Assembly (NCBI GenBank): GCA_019057385.1
Contig: JAHQJS010000003.1
Coordinates: 64,001 to 128,000, forward strand
Reading direction: 5' to 3'
Source of the DNA: Candidatus Borrarchaeum weybense
GTDB taxonomy: Archaea; Asgardarchaeota; Sifarchaeia; Borrarchaeales; Borrarchaeaceae
Length of the DNA: 64,000 nt
A model generated the notes under the pieces. The model had not been told where the DNA came from. It was given only the letters and a program-made list of their open reading frames with translations, and made no database searches. The position numbers and the translations under genes are program-made. Below are positions 1-9,139 of the stretch, piece by piece (positions within the stretch are counted from its first letter, which is position 1; every line of letters starts with the position of its first letter).

Positions 1-6
1 GGCGTT

Positions 7-705
7 TTGAAGTTTAAGTATCTAGAAAAAGAGAATGTCAATAATCTGTTTAAACACAATTTTGCACTTCTTCTTTATACACTTGAATCAGGAGCAAATA
101 ATACCGAGTTCATATACATTAAATTGGATTATGGAACTATTACTGATAAGAAGGCTACAGATATTTTAAAAGTTGGTTACAAAAAGGTTTTAGGAGAATT
201 AAAAGAAGATTTAGCGAAATTTAAAATATATGAAGAAAGTAAACAAACACCTTTTGAATATGTAATGGTTCTGCTTTGGACACAGATATTCCCTGAGATA
301 ATCAAAAAAAGTCGTGTAGAGAAGATAATCGAATGGAAAGACAGGAAGGAACACATATTCGAAGTAAAATTAGATGAGTTAATTGAATATCTACATAAAA
401 TGTATACATTGCCATCTTTGAGTGCAACTGACAAAAAGCAATTTACAACCAAGATAATACAGAAAGCCATGACTATGTTTTCAAAGGTTAAAATTAAAAG
501 TGAAAGAACTAGAAAACTCGAACCTTTGGTTACGTATGGTGAAAAAGACGGTTCTATGGTATTTAGAGTGGTTTATAAAAAACTTCGGGAGAAGAAAGAA
601 TTGGACTTCATTCTTAAGTCGATTTATTTGGAACAAGGTGAAATTGAAGACAAGGAAACTCAAAGAGAATTAATTAATTATCCACGATTAGATACATGGT
701 TTTAA
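7..705 (+). CDS. Hypothetical protein, probably 5'-truncated by the window edge; lies upstream of cas7-like gene
   Basis: 232-aa ORF at the window start; no recognisable motif. Confidence 0.6.
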   Translation: MKFKYLEKENVNNLFKHNFALLLYTLESGANNTEFIYIKLDYGTITDKKATDILKVGYKKVLGELKEDLAKFKIYEESKQTPFEYVMVLLWTQIFPEIIKKSRVEKIIEWKDRKEHIFEVKLDELIEYLHKMYTLPSLSATDKKQFTTKIIQKAMTMFSKVKIKSERTRKLEPLVTYGEKDGSMVFRVVYKKLREKKELDFILKSIYLEQGEIEDKETQRELINYPRLDTWF

Positions 706-936
706 AATTTTAAATAAAAAGTAGTTATAAATTGATTCGCTGTTCTGTTAGTTATAGCGAGAGAGTTCTTTTTCCATAATTTTCTATACTAAAAACCGCT
801 TAGAACAATTTTTTCAAAGAAAGGAAGTCAACTATACACCCATTTTATTAGAGGAGATGGGAAAACCTAATTTTTTTGATGGGTTTATAAATCTAGTTAT
901 AGAATGTATAAATGAGATTATATCGAGGTTGGAAAT

Positions 937-1758
937 ATGAGAAAAACAAAAAAACTGATGATGATTCATGCCTATACTCCCATTGCAAAACCGATCAACA
1001 CCTCTGTTCAAAAAAATTCAACCATGCTGTTGTTAGGTCAAATTCCCTACGAAAACGGGTCAAAAATATTCACTACTAAGCTTTATTATATCAAAGGATT
1101 ACGTGGAATGCTAAGACATGCCTGTATGAGCCTTGCTCAGGATTGTAGTATCGAGGTGTGTCATACCAGCGAAAAAACTGAACTCAAAGACGGTACAAAG
1201 GTGACTCCCTCAGGGTTTCATCCACTGGGTGAATGTGAACCTCCATGCATCCTCAAAAGAATTTTTGGTACATTTCGCGAGGAGTCCTCAATATCTGTCT
1301 TGTCAGATCCTATAGCTTCTATTAAGCACAAAGAATTTACCACTGAAGTTCCTGTGCAAAAGGTACATATCGCTAGCGAATATAGAATAGCGAAATCGTT
1401 CACGGGTATACCTATTCAGGACTTCAAGGAATCGTATTTCTCAGGGTATTTTAGTTTCTGTATTGATGTAACTGAATTAACTGACTATGAAATCAAGTTT
1501 CTCATGGAATCTCTACTCTACATTGAAACACTTGGTGCTGGTAAGCGTTCGGGTTATGGACGTATCAAAATTATTAGTTTCGAGTTTCAGAAGGTTGAAA
1601 TTACCAGAAAGATCGACCGCGAAAATGGAAGTTATAAAGTTGTTGAGAATGAGTCGATAACGCCCTTAGAACTCGATGATATCGAGAGTTGGAGGGATTC
1701 AATACCTTCATGGACACAAGGCACGCAAGATGGTATGCTACCTGTTCTTAACGAGTAG
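937..1758 (+). CDS. Cas7-like RAMP protein (copy 1)
   Basis: RAMP hallmarks: IKGLRGMLRH, Cys cluster with C..IFG, C-terminal G-rich loop LGAGKRSGYGRI; 42 of the first 60 aa identical to 29174..29983. Confidence 0.8.
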   Translation: MRKTKKLMMIHAYTPIAKPINTSVQKNSTMLLLGQIPYENGSKIFTTKLYYIKGLRGMLRHACMSLAQDCSIEVCHTSEKTELKDGTKVTPSGFHPLGECEPPCILKRIFGTFREESSISVLSDPIASIKHKEFTTEVPVQKVHIASEYRIAKSFTGIPIQDFKESYFSGYFSFCIDVTELTDYEIKFLMESLLYIETLGAGKRSGYGRIKIISFEFQKVEITRKIDRENGSYKVVENESITPLELDDIESWRDSIPSWTQGTQDGMLPVLNE

Positions 1759-1843
1759 CACGTTCTTGTGCATGAGACTGCTCATCTATAAAGGTCTGAC
1801 GCCTTTGATGAGGAGGGATGACTCGCAGGGGACGATAAATGTC
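1759..1843 (+). ncRNA. Conserved structured RNA scaffold, copy 1 (candidate guide-RNA scaffold; full unit with hairpins ~1736-1932)
   Basis: ACGTTCTTGTGCATGAGACTG...GGTCTGACGCCT...ATGACTCGCAGGGGACGATAAATGTC; homologous to 27913-28000 and 29025-29111, with compensatory stem changes. Confidence 0.75.
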
Positions 1844-1899
1844 GTAAACATGTTTATGAGTTTACTAAGTCTATCGACTAACCTTGCAAAGCCTCTCTT

Positions 1900-1932
1900 A
1901 AGCGATGGCAAGTTAAACGCTTGTCATCGCTT
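1900..1932 (+). terminator. Hairpin closing the scaffold+guide unit
   Basis: AAGCGATGGCAAG-ttaaacg-CTTGTCATCGCTT, a 13-bp stem (one G-U) followed by T-rich sequence. Confidence 0.55.
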
Positions 1933-2037
1933 CCATTTTATCCTATTGTTTCTTCTATACTTCTTCAGAAAAAGTTAAGAAGTCTAATATAAAAGTAAGA
2001 GTTAAGATAAACGAATGAAAGTGAAGTTTAGATTTTT

Positions 2038-2982
2038 ATGCTAACTCTATCGACTAACCTTGCAACATTACAACTTAAGAATCCTGTTATGTTAGCTGCT
2101 GGAGTTCTCGGTATTTCGGGACCAGTACTTAAACGGGTAGCGAATGCCGGTGCGGGTGCGGTTGTCACAAAATCTATCGGTCCTGAGCCCAGAGAAGGTT
2201 ACAATAATCCAACAGTCGTTCCTTTAAATGAATTTAGTTGTTTGAATGCTGTTGGGCTTTCAAACCCTGGGTATTTAGAGTTTTCCAAAGAAATAATTTT
2301 GGCAAAACAAGAAAACGTTCCAATAATTGTTAGTATATTTGGCGCAGATATTGATGAATTTTGTACAATTGCGAAGAAAATGGAAAAGAGTGGTGCTGAT
2401 GCACTTGAACTTAACCTTTCATGTCCTCATGGAGGAAAATATGGTGCATCTATCGGACAGGATCCACAATTATCAGGTGAAATTGTATACGCCGTAAAAA
2501 ATACCGTGCAGATCCCTGTTTTTATTAAACTCACACCAAACGTGACTGATCTGATTCCTATTGCAAAAAGTGCTGAAAATAATGGTGCCGATGCTATTAC
2601 TGCAATCAACACAGTACGCGCTATGTGCATAGACATTGAAACTGGGCAGCCCTTATTATCAAACGCGTTTGGAGGGCTTTCTGGGCCTGCAATAAAACCA
2701 ATCGCAATCAAACATATTTATGATCTCTATAAAGAAGTAGGGATCCCTCTTATCGGTGTGGGTGGTATTGTTTCTTGGGAAGATGCAATAGAATTCTTTC
2801 TTGCTGGAGCTACTGCAATTCAAGTAGGGACTGGGCTTCTGCGGACATCATTCCTAGACATGTTTAATGAATTAACCGAAGGAATTCTAAGTTATCTCAG
2901 AAGAAAAGGCTATACTCGTTTAGAAGAAATCATTGGACTTACTCATAGACTTAAATCTTATAGGGGATCTTTACACGAGTAA
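2038..2982 (+). CDS. pyrD: Dihydroorotate dehydrogenase family 1B, catalytic subunit
   Basis: LKNPVMLAAG, NAVGLSNPG, ELNLSCPH, GGLSGPAIKP motifs. Confidence 0.95.
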   Translation: MLTLSTNLATLQLKNPVMLAAGVLGISGPVLKRVANAGAGAVVTKSIGPEPREGYNNPTVVPLNEFSCLNAVGLSNPGYLEFSKEIILAKQENVPIIVSIFGADIDEFCTIAKKMEKSGADALELNLSCPHGGKYGASIGQDPQLSGEIVYAVKNTVQIPVFIKLTPNVTDLIPIAKSAENNGADAITAINTVRAMCIDIETGQPLLSNAFGGLSGPAIKPIAIKHIYDLYKEVGIPLIGVGGIVSWEDAIEFFLAGATAIQVGTGLLRTSFLDMFNELTEGILSYLRRKGYTRLEEIIGLTHRLKSYRGSLHE

Positions 2983-3028
2983 TATTCTATAAAAGCCCCC
3001 TTTAAATCTTATAATGCGTTCAAAAAAG

Positions 3029-3625
3029 TCAAAGTTCATCTATATTGATTATCTTTGTAAACTGCTTCACCAATTTTTGAAAGGCCGTATGAGCAAGTTT
3101 TATCGATTCTTCATATTGGGCGGGAATTCTAGACAACTTTACGGTAGTCGCTTGAATAGGGCTGGTTTCAAATGTTTCTTTTGCAGTTTCTGCAACTTCT
3201 TTCAGTTTTTCAAGTTTAAGTTCAGTCCTTCTTGATTGTAAAATCTTTGTGTATATTAACGCTAACCGAAGAAAAATATATGTCACCTCTGGAATTGTAG
3301 GGATGTATTCACGAGAATCCCTAAGAGATGTCCCCTCTTTTCTTAGGAAACCAGAGTCATGCAGTTTTTTAGCGTGTATTGCAATTTGCGCGCTATTTCT
3401 CCTTCCTAATTCATTTGCTAAATCCTTCAATCGGGTGGCGCTATCAAAGACTGTCGTTTTCAATATAGCAAGTCTTTTATCGCTAGCAAGTACACTAAAT
3501 AGATCACATAGAGCATTTATGTCATCCTCAGCGAAGGATATCATATTTAACCCAGCAAATAAGAGAGTACTACCTTCTTTTGCCTTTTTTTGGTTCGATT
3601 CTTGATTTTCCTTTTCTTTTGGCAT
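3029..3625 (-). CDS. ArsR-like winged-helix transcription regulator
   Basis: LFSVLASDKRLAIL...LANEL...IAIHAKKLHDSGFL wHTH pattern; start at MPKEK assumed. Confidence 0.65.
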   Translation of the reverse strand: MPKEKENQESNQKKAKEGSTLLFAGLNMISFAEDDINALCDLFSVLASDKRLAILKTTVFDSATRLKDLANELGRRNSAQIAIHAKKLHDSGFLRKEGTSLRDSREYIPTIPEVTYIFLRLALIYTKILQSRRTELKLEKLKEVAETAKETFETSPIQATTVKLSRIPAQYEESIKLAHTAFQKLVKQFTKIINIDEL

Positions 3626-4329
3626 TATTATCAACTTTTGTCGAGTTATATTGTTATAACGCCCTATCATGTTTGTCTTTTGATATTATTATTAAGTTGT
3701 GTCGAATATATATTATAATACTATGTGTTATATTTATATATTTCTAAAAACAAAAGCTTTATTCTTCAAAAAAAAAGATTTATTATGAGTTTAAAATCGC
3801 TTCAGGTGCTTCTAGTGCTTCAAAAAACATTGGTGGTCGTCTTATACAATATAAGACGCTTAAGAGTGTTTACCATGGAAAAGGTATACCCGGATCCAAC
3901 AATTCGCCCTCCTGAATGTTTTTTTAAATAGTTTTTTAAAAAATAATAGATAACAAAATACATATTTTGAGCGTTGGGCATTATTTGGTCGCAAATATAA
4001 GGGCCACGTATTTTTCCGAAACTCAGATTCTCTTTAAAGAGAATTATAGTTACAAGAATAAAAACTAAGATTCAATAAATGAAAGTAAATGTCGTTATGA
4101 CAAAATGCTCACAAAATTAGAGACACTCTTGAGGCTAGACAAATAAACTAAAATTTGAATAATTGGAAGAACTTCCAAAAGATGTTGTTCAAGTCCACAT
4201 TATTTACTTACATTTATATTCTTCAACAGGCTTTATTTCTATTGTAATGCATACTAATATCAAACTGAGCGCAACGGAATAAACGTGCTACAGAATTCAC
4301 AGAATTATATTCTTCTTGGGCGAGAGTAA

Positions 4330-7300
4330 ATGGATTTTAAAAGCGAAATGCAATTTTTTTTCAATTTGCGTGACCTAACAGCACGAAAAGGGAAAATACA
4401 TAATATACTCTCTCAATTAGAAAAAATGCAACAAAGGAACGATCCAGTCATCAGTTTAAACATGGCTGAAGCACTTATTGAAAATTGCTTATTAATTGAC
4501 AACGATGAAGATCGTCTACAACATTACAACCGAGCACTTGAACTAGTTCAGATTGCACGTCTTATTTTGAAAGAAAAAAGCCAGACGAGGCTGCTTCTAC
4601 GATCATACCATCTTGAATGCTTTATAAAGTACCATACCATGAAATACAGAGATGAAGAAGCTTCTATTCTCGACATCTTTAATTTGGGTGGGAAAATCAT
4701 CAAAAGAGTAACACAGGCCAAAACAAACGATCCATATACGGAATATGATGACTACTGTTCTTTAGGCTGTGTTTGGCGTGCCTACGGACTCATGTCGCAA
4801 CTTATCCATAAATTTCAGAAATTAAATGTTGAACAAAGACGCGATATGTTAGAGAACGCTAGAGCATTGACACATAAAGCTGTAGATGCGAGTAACAGTA
4901 CAAATAACAGAGATGCAAACGTTTTGTCAGCTTATATTTTTGCTTTTGTCGAAACGTCACAAATGGTTCTACGTGGTGATAAAGCTACTACTGAAAAAGA
5001 TTTTATTAAAATTATAGGCCTTTACGATGTCTTGTTTGAGGCTGCTCACTCGTATGGCTCAATCGAGTTCGAATATTTGGCTTTATTAAACCATACACGG
5101 TTAAATTTATCACGCTATGCCTACACAATAGGGACAAATGAGGAAAAAAGAGAGTTACTCCATGATATATTGAATGATTGTAAGAAACTAGAAGAATACA
5201 ATAACTTAATTCGAATGCCACACTTCCTGTTTTATTATTATACCGTGCGAACTGAAGCCTACTTAAGTTTCCTTTATTTTGAAGTTTTTAGTGAAAAAGA
5301 ATATAACTATTACGTTAACAAAGCTTTAAAATCTGCAGAAAAACTGAAGTTCGTATACGAATCTAAAGATATGATAAGCGAACGCGATAAAATTGACTTA
5401 CATCATAACCTTATCTTTGTATATATGATGACCGCGTCTTTCGCCACTTCACAAAAAGAAAAACATGAATATTTGAAAAAATGTGAGGAATTACTTCTAG
5501 AAGATGAACAAAGTACAGCTGTCTGGTCACAGAGAGCGTACTCCATTTGGCGTGATCTTTCTTCAATTTACTTGGACCTTGCAAAAGTCGAGCGTAATCA
5601 TATATATTTCGAAAAATGCGTATTCTATGCAAAAAAGGCATACTATTCAGCGCTGGAAACTGAGGTCTTCACAGACGCGTTTTTTGAAGCATATAAAATT
5701 GCCATGATCGCTGAAAGTTTCCAGAAGCATAATTTGTCTATAAAGCATTATAATTTAGCCCTTCAGTTGTTAGCCAAAATAATTCAGGCAGGGAAAGATT
5801 ATCCGTACTATAGAAATTTAGAAACCTATCTATCAGCTCGGTTGCTGGGCGTAAAAGCTAAGGAAGAACATCGTAAAGGTAGTTATATACAAGCTACGAA
5901 CTTATATCGCGAAGCAAGTTCTATTTTGCGACCAAATAAGCTTTATTTATATGAAAGCCTACTGTATAACATTTACGCGTTATTTGAAGATGCGTCTACA
6001 CGTTTTATAGAGGAAAAATATAAGGAAACATTTACCATTCTTTCTAATATTACCTGCTTATTTGATGAAACTGCAAAACACTATGCTGAAGATTATAAAC
6101 CCCAATTTCAGTATTTTATCGATAGACGCGCTTATGATCTACAACTTGATTATTTCGAATCTTCAAAGACTTTTTGCCTTGCTCAGTCGAATATTTTACA
6201 GGCATTAATTTATCGTAGTACTGGAGACAGTGAGAGATCAATAAAGTTGCTAAAGGAAGCCAATACTCTACTCAAACCATTTACAGATCGAAATATTCAC
6301 ATAGCAGGCTATTCTTCATTTGCAAAAGGACTATACGGACTTGAAAAATCCGAACTTAACATAAGAAACGGTGAATATAAACGCGCAGCATCATATCTTG
6401 CAAATGCATCTGATCAATTTGAAACTGCATCAAAAGTGTTAGCATCTGACGAACAACTAAGACAGTTATGTGATGGACTAAAATTCTTTTGTCGGGGATG
6501 GATGAATACTTTAGAAATTATGCGCCGTGACATAGACCATAGCACCACAGAATTGCATACTAATTTTACTCTCGCTAGTCAATCTTTCGTAAATGCAACC
6601 AGATCCTTGAAAATGTTCAAGAAGACGTCCAAAGGAGTTTCTGGATTCGAGAAATTATTGAGTTATATCTATTATTCATTATTATTCCAAAAAACTGATG
6701 ATCTTGCAGAAAAAAGCAAGTTTAAGGATAATATGACTGCAGTGCTAGGTGAGGCACTGCAATATTTTAAAGACGCTGAAGATATGGAACGATATAGGTT
6801 TACAAAAGATATAATCACTACACTACTTCAATTGGAAGATATACGCGAAAACATCTTGAAACCCATTACCATACCATTTACACTATATACACCAATATTT
6901 GACTCTACGACTATAGTCGAGCCCAGTAGCGTAAACATTGCAATATCACTTGATAAGGATCAAGTAGAGGTTAATGACGAAATACAGTACACAATAGAAA
7001 TCAATTCCGATAATTCAGTCTATATGAAACAAATTGATGGTTTGATCCCAAAAAAAGGTGTAAAAGTGGTCTCAAATTCGCAATTGGCAAAGAACGGTAC
7101 GATAGAAATAAATCGCTTTTTATCTCCTGGTAATCCAATAAAAATTGAATTCCAAGTTCAGGCATCCACACCGCTTCATAACAAAGCACATCCACGATTA
7201 TTATATCTCAACACAAAAAACGAGAAATGCCGCGCTTTTACATTGCCTCTTACGTTACAAGTGTACCCCAAAAATGCATTAAAATCTGGCGTGGTATGTA

Positions 7301-8217
7301 CAATCAATGAAAAAATCAATCTAGTGAAGGGTATTTTGAAGGAACTAGGAATCATCCTAGGGGAATTTCCGGTCCTATACCATGACATTAATTCATATCG
7401 CGAAGCTTTAGCAGAGTATTATTTCCGTTATAAAACCGACGAGGGTGGGAAGAAGCACCGTTCAAAAAAGACAGACATTTCCAAGATCCCAATACAACAG
7501 ATGGCTTTTGTAGACCCTCTTGGTGAAGTAAATATCCTTTATGATCTGGAGACATATCTCTATCCGCAATCTATTGCGAATCTTCTGGGCATTATCATAC
7601 ATGAAAAATTCGGTCATGGTTTCTTTCAACAGTATACATCATTAGGGAAAAAATTGCTAGAACTGGAATACCACCAAAAAGGTGTAGAATTACTTATGAA
7701 AGAGCTAGAAAAAATATCAAATAAGTATGCTATGGGGATTCAATGGCTTGCCGTTTCTACATTGATCGTCGATGAAGGGTTCGCAACTTGGCTAGAGTTA
7801 AAGACTTTCGAAAAACTGCTTGAAAAAATATCAGATAAAGATTCACAGTTTATTCAACAGATACATCACGAGATAGAAAGTTTCAGAAAAACGGTATTTG
7901 AAAGCGAAGAACTCAATGTGAAGCATGAGTATTTTGCCTTAAAATATGAGAAGACTGTTATCAATCCTTACGCAGAAGGATACGATTTGTTCTCACAAAT
8001 TGAAGAGAAATACGGCGAAAAGTGCGTACCGAAAGCATTAGAAATCGCTGCAAATGTCCCCTTGACAAAGCGACAGATCTCTCTTATGCCAAATACGATA
8101 AAAAATGATAAAACCTGTGCTGATAAAAGATTAGAAAAAATAGCGTGCTCAGATCTCAAAATAGAGCGAAACAATGTTGATATGTTTGAGAAAGCTGCCA
8201 AGGAATTGTTTTTGTAA
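4330..8217 (+). CDS. Large helical-repeat (TPR-like) protein with beta-sandwich and C-terminal zincin-like domain
   Basis: 1295-aa ORF; alpha-helical A/Y/L-rich repeats, Ig-like segment (ISLDKDQVEVNDEIQYTIEI), HEKFGH and downstream DEGFATWLE. Confidence 0.6.
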   Translation: MDFKSEMQFFFNLRDLTARKGKIHNILSQLEKMQQRNDPVISLNMAEALIENCLLIDNDEDRLQHYNRALELVQIARLILKEKSQTRLLLRSYHLECFIKYHTMKYRDEEASILDIFNLGGKIIKRVTQAKTNDPYTEYDDYCSLGCVWRAYGLMSQLIHKFQKLNVEQRRDMLENARALTHKAVDASNSTNNRDANVLSAYIFAFVETSQMVLRGDKATTEKDFIKIIGLYDVLFEAAHSYGSIEFEYLALLNHTRLNLSRYAYTIGTNEEKRELLHDILNDCKKLEEYNNLIRMPHFLFYYYTVRTEAYLSFLYFEVFSEKEYNYYVNKALKSAEKLKFVYESKDMISERDKIDLHHNLIFVYMMTASFATSQKEKHEYLKKCEELLLEDEQSTAVWSQRAYSIWRDLSSIYLDLAKVERNHIYFEKCVFYAKKAYYSALETEVFTDAFFEAYKIAMIAESFQKHNLSIKHYNLALQLLAKIIQAGKDYPYYRNLETYLSARLLGVKAKEEHRKGSYIQATNLYREASSILRPNKLYLYESLLYNIYALFEDASTRFIEEKYKETFTILSNITCLFDETAKHYAEDYKPQFQYFIDRRAYDLQLDYFESSKTFCLAQSNILQALIYRSTGDSERSIKLLKEANTLLKPFTDRNIHIAGYSSFAKGLYGLEKSELNIRNGEYKRAASYLANASDQFETASKVLASDEQLRQLCDGLKFFCRGWMNTLEIMRRDIDHSTTELHTNFTLASQSFVNATRSLKMFKKTSKGVSGFEKLLSYIYYSLLFQKTDDLAEKSKFKDNMTAVLGEALQYFKDAEDMERYRFTKDIITTLLQLEDIRENILKPITIPFTLYTPIFDSTTIVEPSSVNIAISLDKDQVEVNDEIQYTIEINSDNSVYMKQIDGLIPKKGVKVVSNSQLAKNGTIEINRFLSPGNPIKIEFQVQASTPLHNKAHPRLLYLNTKNEKCRAFTLPLTLQVYPKNALKSGVVCTINEKINLVKGILKELGIILGEFPVLYHDINSYREALAEYYFRYKTDEGGKKHRSKKTDISKIPIQQMAFVDPLGEVNILYDLETYLYPQSIANLLGIIIHEKFGHGFFQQYTSLGKKLLELEYHQKGVELLMKELEKISNKYAMGIQWLAVSTLIVDEGFATWLELKTFEKLLEKISDKDSQFIQQIHHEIESFRKTVFESEELNVKHEYFALKYEKTVINPYAEGYDLFSQIEEKYGEKCVPKALEIAANVPLTKRQISLMPNTIKNDKTCADKRLEKIACSDLKIERNNVDMFEKAAKELFL

Positions 8218-8239
8218 GGTCAGGAAAGGTGATAATACC

Positions 8240-9052
8240 ATGAACAAACCTATTGTGTTACCCATCGAAAAAATCGAAACAAACACTCCCTCTATCAAAA
8301 CCTTTTTCATGAAAGTTCCTTTAATAGCCCAGCAAGGAATTCCAGGTCAATTTCTTATGGTATGGACATTCAATGATGAAATTCCTATGTCCTTATCTCA
8401 TATTAATCCCAAAAAAGAACTTATTGGAATTACTGTGAAAAAAGTAGGATCTTCTACAGAAATGATGCATTCTATGAGCGAAGGTTCACTTGTTGGTGTG
8501 AGAGGCCCCTATGGGAATGGGTTTAAAATTGCAGGTAGTCGCATATTGGTCGTTGGAGGAGGAGTCGGTATGGCATGCCTCTTTCCACTTATCCTACAAC
8601 TTGTTGAAGCGCAGAAATACGTGACTGTCCTTATTGGGGCGTTAACTAAAGATGAACTCTTATTTCAGAAGCCGCTGCAAAAGTATACAACACGTGAAAC
8701 ATTTCGCTTATCAATAGCTACAGATGATGGATCAATGGGCTTTCACGGGCTAGTGACAGAGTTGATGGATGAAACTCTTCAAATGGAGACGTTTGATCAA
8801 ATCTATGCTTGTGGTCCTGAACTTATGCTTAAAACTACGTTTAATATTGCAGAATCACAAAATATTGCTTTCCAAGCAAGCCTTGAGAGATATATGAAGT
8901 GCGGCATTGGATTATGTGGTAGTTGCTGTATTAATGAGCAAATCGTCTGTAAAGATGGCCCGATTTTTGAATCTAATGTACTTCGCACTATGCATGAGTT
9001 CGGGAATTCTAAGCGAGACCCTTCAGGTAGACTTATCTCTATTACTGACTAA
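8240..9052 (+). CDS. pyrK: Dihydroorotate dehydrogenase electron transfer subunit
   Basis: PGQFLMVW, RGPYGNGF, GGGVG, CGP, ERYMKCGIGLCGSC, VCKDGPIF. Confidence 0.93.
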   Translation: MNKPIVLPIEKIETNTPSIKTFFMKVPLIAQQGIPGQFLMVWTFNDEIPMSLSHINPKKELIGITVKKVGSSTEMMHSMSEGSLVGVRGPYGNGFKIAGSRILVVGGGVGMACLFPLILQLVEAQKYVTVLIGALTKDELLFQKPLQKYTTRETFRLSIATDDGSMGFHGLVTELMDETLQMETFDQIYACGPELMLKTTFNIAESQNIAFQASLERYMKCGIGLCGSCCINEQIVCKDGPIFESNVLRTMHEFGNSKRDPSGRLISITD

Positions 9053-9139
9053 AATTGTGAACAAACGAAGTCTTTTAAAGATTTTAAGTCTTTAAGACAA
9101 ATGAATCTACGTTTTAAAGAGAATTGAGGCGCAGTTATA

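Noticed and set aside
1676-1978. Small ORFs 1676..1978, 27892..28104 and 28941..29177 sharing TFLCMRL...DSQGT
   Set aside because: The similarity is just the translation of the conserved RNA scaffold; starts and ends are unrelated and the variation fits base-pairing, not coding.
3725-3931. 68-aa ORF and the many short antisense ORFs inside housekeeping genes
   Set aside because: No motifs; shadow or low-complexity frames.
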